From contig CAWJBB010000041.1 of the NCBI GenBank assembly GCA_963840855.1, positions 1-64,000 of the forward strand: 64,000 bases of DNA, given 5' to 3'. The DNA comes from an uncultured delta proteobacterium. Its GTDB lineage: Bacteria; Desulfobacterota; Binatia; UBA9968. The translations under genes were made by a program, and so were the position numbers. The notes under the pieces were generated by a model. The model worked only from the letters and a program-made list of their open reading frames with translations. It made no database searches and was not told the DNA's origin. Position 1 is the stretch's first letter; each line of letters starts with the position of its first letter. Positions 28,368 through 38,519 of the stretch are shown one piece after another.

Positions 28368-29707
28368 TTGGACAGGGTCTGGTTGGATACGCTGAACGTG
28401 GCAACGAATAACGAAATTTCACACCGCTCAGGATCCAGGAAAAGCCGCGGCGGCACGATCGGCTCAACCGCGCCGAACCAGCGCGGGATATCTTTGCTTG
28501 CGTTGGGGTTATTAATCGCGGGATACGCTGCCCTTTTTTCGGCCTCATTGAGTCGCGCCGCGGAACCGGACCTCAAACCCGGCGACACCATCGGCCCGCA
28601 AAACTGGGAGCGTGTAAAGGGGATGGTGGGAGAAAACCTGCTCAACCGCATCAAACGAGGCTACAGTTTCGAAATCAAAAACGATCGCAGCATCGGCCCG
28701 CCCCGTGAATTTGTCGCGGCTACCGCTAAATACGCCGGCCAAGTCAAGTTGGGACTTCAAGGGTGAGCTACTCAACTATGCCGCCGGCCAACCGTTTCCC
28801 AACGTCGATTCGAGTGATCCGCAAGCGGGACTGAAGATGGCCTGGAACTTTTATTGGCGCTGGATCGGCGATGATTATAAGACCGGCGGCGGCACCGGAC
28901 AAGGGAAGATCATCCGCTACGCCATCGAGCAGAGACGGCTCAGAGCGGCGCGCCGACGTGTTGCACCATTCGATCAAAACACGAGGGCGCGTGAGTCTCA
29001 GCGCGGATGTGGTGCTGCCGGGCTACGAACATATCGACTGGATGCAGCTTCGGGCCGACGAATATCCGCGGGATACTTCAGGCACGACGACGCTTGAGAT
29101 CCGCTACGCCAGCCCGGACCGCGAGGACGACCTCTATATCTATGTCCCAAGCATCCGCCGCGTCCGGCGCGCGCCGCCGATTCAGCGCTGCGCAACGATC
29201 GCCCCTAGCGAGTTCAATTTCGATGATATCAACAGCTTTGGCGGCAAGATTACTGACTTCAACTATCGGTTGCTGGGAAGATTCAAGATGCTTGGGAATT
29301 TTGCCCAAGACCAGATACCTTTCGCGCGCAGACCAGGCGATTATTTGCCGAGCAAGGAAAGCTGGTCGGTAGTCGATACCTACGCCCTGGAGATTACGCC
29401 CAAGGATCGGAACTATTGCTACCCGAAAAAGGTCATCTATATCGATCCGGTCAATTATGAAGCCTTCTGGACTATGATATGGGATGGCAGCGGCAGCTAT
29501 TGGAAGGAGCAGTTCGCGTTTCGCAGCCCGGTGAAACTGCCGGACGGCCAGGAGGTGCTTTCCGTGGGTGCGGTTGTCATCGTGAATCTGAAAAACGGCA
29601 GGAGCACGCTCGTTGACGCTGTGCGGGTTTATAATCAGGGCTATCAACCGAGCTTGTTTACCTTGGCGACGCTCCAGACGGTAATGCGCGGCGGGACCAT
29701 CCGATGA
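28368..29707 (+). CDS. DUF1329 / outer-membrane lipoprotein-sorting-like protein, two frameshifts (about 28760 and 28930)
   Basis: Three consecutive frames join into one protein: KPGDTIGPQNW..AKYAGQVKL / LLNYAAGQPFP..DPQAGLKMAWNF / YIYVPSIRRVRR..DDINSFGG..YCYPKKVIYID. Confidence 0.8.
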
Positions 29708-30696
29708 AGTATGCCTTGCGCGTGGTGCTCTTGCTGATCGCGGCGTCATTCGGACTGCCAATCGGTGCGAACCAAACTGCGCGGGTAAACCGGGTTGCGG
29801 TGGTCCTGCATGGAGCTGCGGTCGGCGACCTGCCGCAAATCAACGGGCTGCGCGCCGGTCTTGAGGAACTGCGTTACATGGAGGGCGAAAATCTGCTGCT
29901 CAAATTTATTCACGATGAGAATCTGCCGCTGTTGCGCGATCGGCTCAGAGCGGAGTTGCGGCGCGGCGATATCAATTTAATTATCGCCCTTGGAACGGTG
30001 GAAGCGGTTGTGGCCAGGGAAGTTGCCGGCAGCGCTCCGATTATTTTCCTGCCCGCCACGGATCCCGTTCAGTCGGGATTTGTGAGCTCATTGGCCACCC
30101 CTCGGACCAATCTTACCGGATTGACGTTTTTCATCGATAGCGAGAGCGTCGGCAAACAGTTGGAGGTTTTTAGACAAATGGTTCCCTCGTTGCGCCAAGT
30201 CGTGGCCCTGACCGATGGACGCCCGGACGCGGGGATGAACAACCAGTTGCGGGCAAGGCTGAACGTTACCGCCGCCCGGCTGGGAGTCGAGCTATCGGAA
30301 ATGGCCGTCATGTCGGCGGCCGCGATGAGCGGGGACACTCTATCACTTTCCAAAAGAACTCCGGGCGCCGGCATATTCGTGGTTTGCACGGGACTCTTTA
30401 AAGACCTCAGCAAGCTGGCTGCGGCGGCGGTCAAAATGCGAGCGCCGCTGTTTGGCTGCAGCGCCTCGCAAGTCGCAGAGCAAAAGGTTTTGATGACATA
30501 CGCCCCCGATTTATACGCGATAGGCTATCGCGGCGCTTGGTTCGTTGACCGGATTCTTAAGGGGGCAACGCCGCAGAGCCTCGCGGTGGAGACGCCGCGT
30601 AAGTTCGACCTGGTGATCAACCGGAAGGCCGCTCAGGAGATCGGTCTCAAGCTTCCTCCAGAAATGCTGATTCTTGCGGACCGAGTTTTCGATTAG
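29704..30696 (+). CDS. ABC_sub_bind-type substrate-binding protein (no permease adjacent)
   Basis: DPVQSGFVSSLATPRTNLTGLT, VDRILKGATPQSLAVETPRKFDLVIN; ATGA overlap with the upstream gene. Confidence 0.9.
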   Translation: MKYALRVVLLLIAASFGLPIGANQTARVNRVAVVLHGAAVGDLPQINGLRAGLEELRYMEGENLLLKFIHDENLPLLRDRLRAELRRGDINLIIALGTVEAVVAREVAGSAPIIFLPATDPVQSGFVSSLATPRTNLTGLTFFIDSESVGKQLEVFRQMVPSLRQVVALTDGRPDAGMNNQLRARLNVTAARLGVELSEMAVMSAAAMSGDTLSLSKRTPGAGIFVVCTGLFKDLSKLAAAAVKMRAPLFGCSASQVAEQKVLMTYAPDLYAIGYRGAWFVDRILKGATPQSLAVETPRKFDLVINRKAAQEIGLKLPPEMLILADRVFD

Positions 30697-30721
30697 CAAG
30701 GCTTTGCCACGACGGGGCCGG

Positions 30722-32647
30722 ATGGGAATCTATCCCATGCGTTTTAAGCTACCTAGTTTTCGCTCTCGCATGCCGCGGCGGAGCCGTCTGGTCCGGAACT
30801 ATTTTTTTATTTTCGCCACGCTCATCGGCGGCGGCCTGGTCACCAGCGGCCTTCTGGAAATCTATTTCCGCTACTATGAAAACCAGGAGCAGATTGCCGT
30901 AATGCAAGGAGAAGCGGCGAAAGCCGCAGTAACGAAGATTGCCCAATACATTCTTGAGATCGAAGGTCAAATGAAGTCGGCGACCCTGAGCCAGGTTGTC
31001 GCTGTCAACGGGCTATCGCCGGCGTACCGCTTTGAGTTGAGCAAACTTCTCTATGTCGCTCCCGCCATTACTGACGTGGCCGCAGTCGACGGGCAAGGGA
31101 CCGCTCGGCTCCAGGTGTCCCGTTTTCGCGCGACCGAGCCCAGCGAGAACGCCGACTATTCCAAGTCGCCGGCCTTTCTCCAGTCGCAGCAAGGCGTTAC
31201 TTTTTTTGGGCGGGTCTATTTTGTGCGCGACTCCGAGCCCTATTTAACTATGGCCGTTCCCATGGAAAGATTTCCCGGCAGCATCATTGGCGTGCTCGTG
31301 GCCGAAGTCAATCTCCGCTACATTTGGGAGATCGTCCGGGATATTCGTGTCGGCAAAGCCGGCTATGCTTATATCGTTGCCCGTTCCGGCGATATCATTG
31401 CTCACCCGGATATCGGTCTGGTGCTTAACCGGCGCAAAGCGGATCATCTGGAGCAAGTCAAGGCCGCCCTGCGACCGGCGCCGGTGATTCAAAAACCGGA
31501 AAGCATGGTGACGTCGAGTTTGAGCGATGAAAAGGTCTTGAGTTCCTATGCGTTTCTGCCCGGGCTGGACTGGGCCGTTGTCGTGGAACAGCCGCTAGGG
31601 GAAGCCTACGAAAGGCTCTACGCTTCACTGCTCAGAACTTCCACACTTGTTTTGCTCGGTTTAGGCATGGCTTTGTTGGCGGCAGCCTACGTCGCACGCC
31701 GGGTCGTTCGGCCGTTGCACACGCTGCAGCGCGGCGTCGAGCGCATTGGCAAGGGTGATCTTGATTTTCGCCTGCAAATCGCCACCGGCGATGAAATCCA
31801 GACTTTGGCGGAGGAATTCAATAAGATGGCGGCGGCGCTGCGGGATGCCTACGCCAACTTGGAGGACAAAGTGCGCGAGAGAACGCAGGAGCTGATGATT
31901 GCCAATGAACGGTTAAAAGAGCTCGACAAGATGAAGTCCCTGTTTCTTTCCAACGTTTCCCATGAACTAAAGACCCCGCTTACCGCAATTGGGGGTCTCG
32001 TTGATAACATGATCGACGGCCTAACCGGTCCGCTCAACGGCAAGCAAACCCGATATATGACAGGGATCAAAGATAGCACGGAGCGTTTGGCGCGGCTCAT
32101 CCGAGATCTGCTGGATCTCTCGGTGATCGAGACCGGGAAGAGCGAATTGAAGCCCGCAAGGTTCTCTCTCACTAGTTTGATTCACGAAGTGGTGGAAACC
32201 CTGAAGCCATTGGCAGTGGAAAAAGGTATCTCAGTGGAAATTGCCCGGACCCATGGCGACCCAACGGCCTGGGCGGACCGCGACAAAATTACGCAAGTCC
32301 TGACCAACTTGATCGTCAATGCGGTGAAATTTTCGCCAGCTGGAGGTAGTTTGAAGCTGAGCATGGCGCCGGCAAACGACCGCGGGTTGCTGGAGGTTTC
32401 GGTCTCGGATACGGGACCCGGAATTCCGCCGACCGAAGTCGAGCGGATCTTTCATGAATTCTATCAGATCAGCCAACCCGGCCGCGAGAAAACGATGGGC
32501 GTCGGACTTGGGTTGGCGATTTCAAAAAAGCTCGTCGAGATGCATGGCGGCAAGATTCGCGTGGAAAGCGTCCCGGGTGAAGGCAGCACGTTCTTCTTTA
32601 CCCTTCCGGTGTGGCAGCCGCGCACAAATTCGTCCTTGCCGAGTTGA
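30722..32647 (+). CDS. Sensor histidine kinase (TM-dCache-TM-HAMP-HisKA-HATPase)
   Basis: GYAYIV..GDIIAHPD (Cache), TGDEIQTLAEEFNKM (HAMP), FLSNVSHELKTPLT, NLIVNAVKF, DTGPGI, GLGLAISK. Start uncertain. Confidence 0.93.
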   Translation: MGIYPMRFKLPSFRSRMPRRSRLVRNYFFIFATLIGGGLVTSGLLEIYFRYYENQEQIAVMQGEAAKAAVTKIAQYILEIEGQMKSATLSQVVAVNGLSPAYRFELSKLLYVAPAITDVAAVDGQGTARLQVSRFRATEPSENADYSKSPAFLQSQQGVTFFGRVYFVRDSEPYLTMAVPMERFPGSIIGVLVAEVNLRYIWEIVRDIRVGKAGYAYIVARSGDIIAHPDIGLVLNRRKADHLEQVKAALRPAPVIQKPESMVTSSLSDEKVLSSYAFLPGLDWAVVVEQPLGEAYERLYASLLRTSTLVLLGLGMALLAAAYVARRVVRPLHTLQRGVERIGKGDLDFRLQIATGDEIQTLAEEFNKMAAALRDAYANLEDKVRERTQELMIANERLKELDKMKSLFLSNVSHELKTPLTAIGGLVDNMIDGLTGPLNGKQTRYMTGIKDSTERLARLIRDLLDLSVIETGKSELKPARFSLTSLIHEVVETLKPLAVEKGISVEIARTHGDPTAWADRDKITQVLTNLIVNAVKFSPAGGSLKLSMAPANDRGLLEVSVSDTGPGIPPTEVERIFHEFYQISQPGREKTMGVGLGLAISKKLVEMHGGKIRVESVPGEGSTFFFTLPVWQPRTNSSLPS

Positions 32648-32658
32648 GGAACAGATCA

Positions 32659-34011
32659 ATGAAGTTGTTTGGCGAAACCATTCTAGTTGCTGACGATGAC
32701 CCGTACGTTCAAGAGGCTCTAAAGGACCGACTCGAATCCCTCGGTTGTCGCGTCTTGCAAGCGGCCGATGGCTTGCAAGCTGTGGAGATCATCGAGCGTC
32801 AGACCCCGCACATGGCATTTCTGGACATCGAAATGCCGGGCATGAAGGGGCTGGATGTTCTAAGGGAGATACGCAAGCGCGATCACAATTTGCCGGTCGT
32901 GATTATTACCGCCTATGGCACAATCGGTTTGGCCGTGGAAGCTATGAAGGAAGGCGCCTACGATTTTATTGCCAAGCCGTTTCAGGGTGGCCATATCGCA
33001 CTGGTGGTACAGAAGGCTTTGGAAAAAGAAAGACTGACGCGGGGAATCGAAGTCTTGTCGGAGGAGATCGATAAGCGTTACCAACTCACTATTGGCGCAA
33101 GTCTCGAGATGAATCGCGCCCTCGATTCGGCGCGCAAGGCGGCGATCAGCAGCTCCACCGTCTTGTTGCTTGGCGAAAGCGGCACCGGCAAGGAAGTCTT
33201 CGCCCACGCGATTCACAATTGGAGCGAGCGCAAAGACAAGCCATTCGTCGCCATCAACTGCGTCGGCCTTTCGCGCGAGCTTTTGGAGAGCGAGCTTTTC
33301 GGCCATGAAAAAGGCGCGTTTACCGGCGCCAGCGAACTGAAGAAAGGCAAGATCGAGCTCGCTCACGGCGGCACGGTTTTCCTCGACGAGGTCGGCGATA
33401 TATCCGCGGAATTGCAGACCAAGCTACTGCGTTTTTTGCAGGAACGAGAGTTCGAGAGGGTCGGCGGCATCAAGCCGATCAGTGTCGATGTCAGGATCAT
33501 CGCCGCCACCAATCGTGATCTGGAAAACGCTCTCCAAACGGGCCAGTTCCGCGCCGATCTGTTCTATCGACTCAACGTGGTGCCGATTGCGCTGCCGCCG
33601 CTGCGCCAGCGCAGAGAGGATATACCGGTTCTCGCCGCTTATTTTCTGCAGCGTTTCGCGGTTGAAACGAAGAAACGCTTTACGGATATCAGCCCTGACG
33701 CGGCGGAATCGCTGCTGACCTACGACTGGCCCGGCAACGTGCGCGAACTTGCCAACGTCATCGAGAGGGCCGTGGTGCTCGGCCAGGGACCGGAACTGAC
33801 GCTGCTCGACCTGCCGGGTAACGTTGTTTCGGCGGCTCCGGGTCCGGCGATCGAAAGCTCTAACTATCACGATGCCGTCGATGCCTACCGGCGCGAGTTG
33901 ATCGCAAAAACCCTCGAACAAGCCCAGGGTAGCCGGGCCGCCGCGGCGAAAATGCTGGGCCTGCAGAGAACCTATCTTTCGCGTCTAATCAAGTCTCTGG
34001 GGATCGAATGA
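32659..34011 (+). CDS. NtrC/AtoC-family sigma-54 response regulator
   Basis: REC (VADDD..LDIEMP), GESGTGKE, GAFTGA, FLDEVG, WPGNVREL, HTH. Confidence 0.95.
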   Translation: MKLFGETILVADDDPYVQEALKDRLESLGCRVLQAADGLQAVEIIERQTPHMAFLDIEMPGMKGLDVLREIRKRDHNLPVVIITAYGTIGLAVEAMKEGAYDFIAKPFQGGHIALVVQKALEKERLTRGIEVLSEEIDKRYQLTIGASLEMNRALDSARKAAISSSTVLLLGESGTGKEVFAHAIHNWSERKDKPFVAINCVGLSRELLESELFGHEKGAFTGASELKKGKIELAHGGTVFLDEVGDISAELQTKLLRFLQEREFERVGGIKPISVDVRIIAATNRDLENALQTGQFRADLFYRLNVVPIALPPLRQRREDIPVLAAYFLQRFAVETKKRFTDISPDAAESLLTYDWPGNVRELANVIERAVVLGQGPELTLLDLPGNVVSAAPGPAIESSNYHDAVDAYRRELIAKTLEQAQGSRAAAAKMLGLQRTYLSRLIKSLGIE

Positions 34012-34055
34012 AAGCGGTTTGCCAATCACGGCATGAATCCTTTCGGATAATGGGT

Positions 34056-34075
34056 TGTATCCGATGGTATACACT
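34056..34075. promoter_or_regulatory. Putative enhancer (UAS) TGTATCC-N6-ATACACT, copy 2
   Basis: Matches 28167-28186; about 93 bp upstream of a sigma-54 promoter. Confidence 0.6.
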
Positions 34076-34167
34076 GAATTCGCATATTGCTGCTCTCCGC
34101 CAGTATTCAAAAGGTCTTTTATGAGCTAAGTCGCAGGGTTGTGGGCCGAATCCAGACCCGTATAGCT

Positions 34168-34183
34168 TGGCACGGCGGCTGCA
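34168..34183 (+). promoter_or_regulatory. Sigma-54 -24/-12 promoter
   Basis: TGGCAC-ggcgg-CTGCA. Confidence 0.7.
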
Positions 34184-34244
34184 TAAATGGCCCCAGAGTT
34201 TCCGGTAATCATCAAAGTGGTTGGGTCGAAAAGATGAGGTGTCA

Positions 34245-34631
34245 ATGAATAGGTTTATACTTTTGCCCCCGCTCCCCAATGAAGGCGCAAAATCCTCCGA
34301 GGACGCGCATGAGACGGAAATAGCAGCCGTCGTGCATGAATTAAAGAATCAAGCCTGCACGATTGGCCTGGGAATCGCAGCGCTCAAGTATCCTGATGAA
34401 ACCGAGGATGAGAGACAGTGCCATCTCGCCGCGTTGGAGGCTGTGATCGGTGCCATGAGCCGGCAGTTCAATCGGTTGGATGATTGGCTCATAGACGCTG
34501 GCTACAAACGCAAACCAGGGGAACCGATCAGCCGGGCGCGGGACCGGCGAACCAAGGCGCGGCCGCACGCATCAGGGCGCCGCCGTCAGAGTGGTTTAGC
34601 GCCACCGGTGCCCGTTACCATTCGAAAATAA
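34245..34631 (+). CDS. Small stand-alone HisKA-like (H-box) protein
   Basis: GAGGT RBS; IAAVVHELKNQACTI..HLAALEAVIGAMSRQFNRL two-helix DHp-like pattern; no ATPase domain. Confidence 0.6.
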   Translation: MNRFILLPPLPNEGAKSSEDAHETEIAAVVHELKNQACTIGLGIAALKYPDETEDERQCHLAALEAVIGAMSRQFNRLDDWLIDAGYKRKPGEPISRARDRRTKARPHASGRRRQSGLAPPVPVTIRK

Positions 34632-34655
34632 TCGAGACGCATGAACTCGCCTTGT

Positions 34656-35654
34656 TTATCCGGCCGCGCTAAGTGTGGCGTAGTTTTGTATGTCGAGCGG
34701 CCGTTTTCCTGATTCCAGCTCGCGGATCATGTTCAGAACCTTTTGACAGAGCGGCGTCGGGATGTCGCGCTTTTTTCCCTCGGCCACGACATAAGCCAGA
34801 ATGAAATCCGCTTCCGTTTTGATACCCTTCTGAATCTGCCTGAGCGGCCCCTTGCGGTCATCTAAGTTCCACGATTTGGCGAACTCATTTACCGCCGAGA
34901 GCCGTTTGTCGAATGAATTGCTCGGATGGAAATCCGGCGGGTTGTATTCCGTCAGGCGAATCCAGCGCGCGCCCGCGGCTTGGCCGACGGCGACGACTTC
35001 ACCGAAAAAATTCGCAAGAGCCCGGCGGTCGGCGGCGGCGGCGCAACTCGTCGCCAACGAGGCGTCGGCCAGCGACCCATAGTAACCGAGACACGTGTAG
35101 GTCAGTTTGCTCCACAGCACGCCGAGGATGTTTTCGGAAATTTCCGTTTCCATCACCGTGTTGAGAAGTCCGCTGAGGCTTTCAAGCTGCGGCGTTGTCC
35201 TACCGTGGAGGTGGCCGATGTATAGATGGCCGCGATTGGCCGTGCGCAAGTGCCCCGGACCGACCTTGCGGCTGCCCATGCGGATCGCCATGCCGACGGT
35301 GCGGTCGGGACCGACTCGGTCTTGCAGCAACGGTGGATTGATGCCGTTCTGCATGGACACGAGCAAGCCGTCGTCGGCGAGGCGTGGCATGACCGTGCTC
35401 AGCGCATCCGGCGTGTAATTGGACCGTACCGCAATCATGCCGATGTCGTATTTGCCGTCGATCTCATTGGGGAAAACAACGTTGATTTTGACGTTAAAAG
35501 CACCGTCCGGCACTTCGACTTGCAGGCCCTTTTCACGAATGGCCGAGACATGCTCCTTGTCGATGTCGACGAAAGTGATGTCATTGCCCGCGCGGGCGAG
35601 TCTGCCGCCGATGATGCCGCCGATGGGTCCCACGCCGATGACGATTATGCGCAT
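34656..35654 (-). CDS. Ketopantoate reductase (PanE/ApbA) family protein
   Basis: MRIIVIGVGPIGG, SMQNGI, LWSKL, KTEADFI. Confidence 0.85.
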   Translation of the reverse strand: MRIIVIGVGPIGGIIGGRLARAGNDITFVDIDKEHVSAIREKGLQVEVPDGAFNVKINVVFPNEIDGKYDIGMIAVRSNYTPDALSTVMPRLADDGLLVSMQNGINPPLLQDRVGPDRTVGMAIRMGSRKVGPGHLRTANRGHLYIGHLHGRTTPQLESLSGLLNTVMETEISENILGVLWSKLTYTCLGYYGSLADASLATSCAAAADRRALANFFGEVVAVGQAAGARWIRLTEYNPPDFHPSNSFDKRLSAVNEFAKSWNLDDRKGPLRQIQKGIKTEADFILAYVVAEGKKRDIPTPLCQKVLNMIRELESGKRPLDIQNYATLSAAG

Positions 35655-35873
35655 GGCTGTGATTCCTCCAAGATGCATAGATAGTTGAAGCGCAAATTTT
35701 GGTCAAGTCGAAGGCCGACACCGAAATGTGAAGCGCGCCGTCGATAACCACCGAGGCTCGCTTCGCTTGACAGCGGAGGAAGCTCTCTGTAGAGCATCGT
35801 TAAACGAAGCCCCTTCAGCCGATTGCGGCCATTGTCAACCTCAGCTGAAATCTTCAAGGACTGGAGCAACGAA

Positions 35874-36974
35874 ATGCTGTTATTAAATAATGCCGACGTC
35901 GCCGGCGTGCTGACCATGGAAGTCACCATGCGAGCGCTGGAAGACGCCTACCGCGAATTGACCGATAGGCGGGCCGTGTGCCGGCCGCGCATCGATATTC
36001 AGATTCCAACCCAAGACCCCGCAAAAATTTTTCAATGGGGAACCATGGAAGGCGGTTCGACGTCCGGCTACTTCGCCATCCGCATGAAGTCCGACGTGAT
36101 CTACGAACAAGAGTACGAAGGCGCTCGCACGCAGGAAAAATATTGCGTCGAACCGGGAAAGTTCTGTGGCTTGATTCTTTTGATCGACATTCAAAACGCC
36201 GAGCCTGTGGCGCTGATGAATGACGGCTATCTCCAGCATATGCGCGTCGGCGCGGACTCCGGCATCGGCGCCAAGTATATCGCGCGCGAAGACGCCGAAG
36301 TGGTCGGCATGATCGGGTCGGGCGGCATGGCGCGCACCCATATCGAGTCTTTTCGGCTGGCCCGGAGTATCAAGAAAATTCAAGTCTACAGTCCGACGAA
36401 AGCGCATCGTGAAGAATACGCCAAAGAAATGGGCGAGCGCTTCGGCATTGAAACTATCCCGGTGGAAAATTTGCAGGACGTTTACAAAGGCGCGCATATC
36501 GTTGCCGGTTGCACGGATTCAGCAATACCGATCATCATCGGCAAATGGTTGGAAGAGGGCACTCATGTTACCTCTATCGGCGGCAAACCGGACGCAGACG
36601 CGCTTGAGCGCATCGATGTGTCGTTGCGTCTTGGCAATGCGCCGGCGCCGTGGGGCCTGCCGGAAATGGGTCTGCCGGATGAATATATCACCTATGCGGC
36701 GATGCCGAACGAGAACGCCGGTTTTCAAATGAAGCGGGCCGGCAAAAGAGCCCATGGCGCCATCGCCGAGGACCGCTGTGTTTTGTTGGAGGAACTATTG
36801 AGCGGCAAGAAAAAAGGGCGGACTTCAGATAAGCAGATCACTTACTCCGAGCGCGGCAATATCCAGGGCGCGCAGTTCTTTGCCGTTGCCGGCAAGGTCT
36901 ACGAGTTGGCCAAGGCGCAAAGGTTGGGGCGGGAAATTCCGACGGAATGGCTGCTGCAGGATATTCGGGATTAA
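35874..36974 (+). CDS. Ornithine cyclodeaminase/mu-crystallin family protein
   Basis: LQHMRVGADSGIGAKYIARED, GMIGSGGMARTH, GAQFFAVA. Confidence 0.88.
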   Translation: MLLLNNADVAGVLTMEVTMRALEDAYRELTDRRAVCRPRIDIQIPTQDPAKIFQWGTMEGGSTSGYFAIRMKSDVIYEQEYEGARTQEKYCVEPGKFCGLILLIDIQNAEPVALMNDGYLQHMRVGADSGIGAKYIAREDAEVVGMIGSGGMARTHIESFRLARSIKKIQVYSPTKAHREEYAKEMGERFGIETIPVENLQDVYKGAHIVAGCTDSAIPIIIGKWLEEGTHVTSIGGKPDADALERIDVSLRLGNAPAPWGLPEMGLPDEYITYAAMPNENAGFQMKRAGKRAHGAIAEDRCVLLEELLSGKKKGRTSDKQITYSERGNIQGAQFFAVAGKVYELAKAQRLGREIPTEWLLQDIRD

Positions 36975-37044
36975 GAAAACGTGCTCGTGATTCGTGATCG
37001 TAAATTCAGCAACATTAATCCCGAGCACGAACAACGAGGTTTCC

Positions 37045-38136
37045 ATGCCATTGTTTCTGAACAACGAAGATGTGGACCAGTTGCTCACCATGAAAGATAC
37101 GATGGCGGCGCTGGAAACTCTTTACCGGGAAATGGGCGACGGCGTCGCCGTCGCGGCACCGCGCTCTGATGTGCATTCGCCCACCGCTTCGGCGCAGAGC
37201 GCCGAAGGCCCCATGGCCCACTATCTCAAGAGCATGAGCGGCGCATCGCCGCACTTTGGCACCGCCGCTTTACGTTTCTCCTCCGACATCGTGGCATGGC
37301 GCGATACCGGCGGAGGGATGCGCCGGGAGAAGTTGCCGATGCTGCCGGGCAACCGCTGGATGGGCATCGTGCTGCTGTTCAGCACGGCTAATGGCGAGTT
37401 GTTGGCGATCATGAACGACGGCGTGCTGCAACGCTACCGCGTGGGTGGCGCCAACGGCGTAGCAACCCAATATATGGCGCGGCAAAACGCCGAGAGCGCG
37501 GGATTGATCGGTTCCGGCTGGCAGGCGGGAACTCAGGTGATGGCCGCGTGCGAAGCGCGCAAAATAAAAAGTATCAAGGTGTTCAGTCCGACCAAGGCCA
37601 ATCGCGAGAAGTTCGCCAAGGAAACCAGCCAGCAGGTCGGAGTGGAGATCGTTCCGGTGGCCTCGTACGAAGAGGCCGTGAAAGATGTGGACATCATCAT
37701 CACCTCGACGAACTCGCGCAAACCTTTTCTCGGCAAATGGGCGTTGAGAGAAGGTATTCATATCAGCAGCATGCAACGGGACGAGTTCGATGATGAAGCG
37801 TTAATGAGCTGCGCGCCCCTCGTGCTGCACAGCCATGCAACGGAAAACAACGTCACGTCATCGGCCCTGGCGCATTTCGAACGCGATGACTTCAAACTGC
37901 GCGATCACCCTACCGATCGCGGCATCGATTGGAAGTCGCTGCCGACGCTTGCCGATTTGCTCGCCGGCAAGATCAAAGGACGCGAAAGGGACGGCCAAAT
38001 TACCGGCTTCGTCAATAACATCGGCCTAGGCGCGCAGTTCGCCGCGGTGGGCAAGATAGTCTATGACGCCGCGAAAGCAAAAGGGGCAGGGCGCGAGGTG
38101 CCGCTGGATTGGTTTACCCAGGACGTTCATCCATAG
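37045..38136 (+). CDS. Ornithine cyclodeaminase/mu-crystallin family protein
   Basis: LQRYRVGGANGVATQYMARQ, GLIGSGWQA, GLGAQFAAVG. Confidence 0.88.
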   Translation: MPLFLNNEDVDQLLTMKDTMAALETLYREMGDGVAVAAPRSDVHSPTASAQSAEGPMAHYLKSMSGASPHFGTAALRFSSDIVAWRDTGGGMRREKLPMLPGNRWMGIVLLFSTANGELLAIMNDGVLQRYRVGGANGVATQYMARQNAESAGLIGSGWQAGTQVMAACEARKIKSIKVFSPTKANREKFAKETSQQVGVEIVPVASYEEAVKDVDIIITSTNSRKPFLGKWALREGIHISSMQRDEFDDEALMSCAPLVLHSHATENNVTSSALAHFERDDFKLRDHPTDRGIDWKSLPTLADLLAGKIKGRERDGQITGFVNNIGLGAQFAAVGKIVYDAAKAKGAGREVPLDWFTQDVHP

Positions 38137-38252
38137 GTTTGGTTTCTGAATTTCTGGTTTTGCAACGATGCCTGAAAATACCATGGAGGCGGGCACGAGT
38201 TGCTCCTGTTCACGACCCGCTGAACCCTATCCGGCCTAACTTTTTCTGATTC

Positions 38253-38289
38253 TGCTTACCTTTTGGGCATTATGCCTAAGTTCTAAGCA
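38253..38289. promoter_or_regulatory. Tandem NtrC-like boxes (TGC-N11-GCA x2)
   Basis: tgcttaccttttgggca and tgcctaagttctaagca, 17 bp each, about 85-120 bp upstream of a sigma-54 promoter. Confidence 0.55.
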
Positions 38290-38373
38290 ATAGTCTGTTT
38301 TTTTGCTCTCTTCAAATCTTCTAGTCTTGAACAAGTATTTGAATTTATTCAGCTCGTGCGCCCGCAAACGCCA

Positions 38374-38389
38374 TGGCACAGGCGTTGCT
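38374..38389 (+). promoter_or_regulatory. Sigma-54 -24/-12 promoter of the cyn operon
   Basis: TGGCAC-aggcg-TTGCT, a consensus match. Confidence 0.85.
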
Positions 38390-38519
38390 CCACCTCCACG
38401 TAAGTCCCGTCACAGAATCGTCGGGCGTGGGTAACCAGCTGCGTGTTGTCTGATTGTCGGTCCTGCAAAAAGCACTGGCTCTGGAAGAAGATCGGAGATT
38501 CCACCATGAGGAGGCCCGA

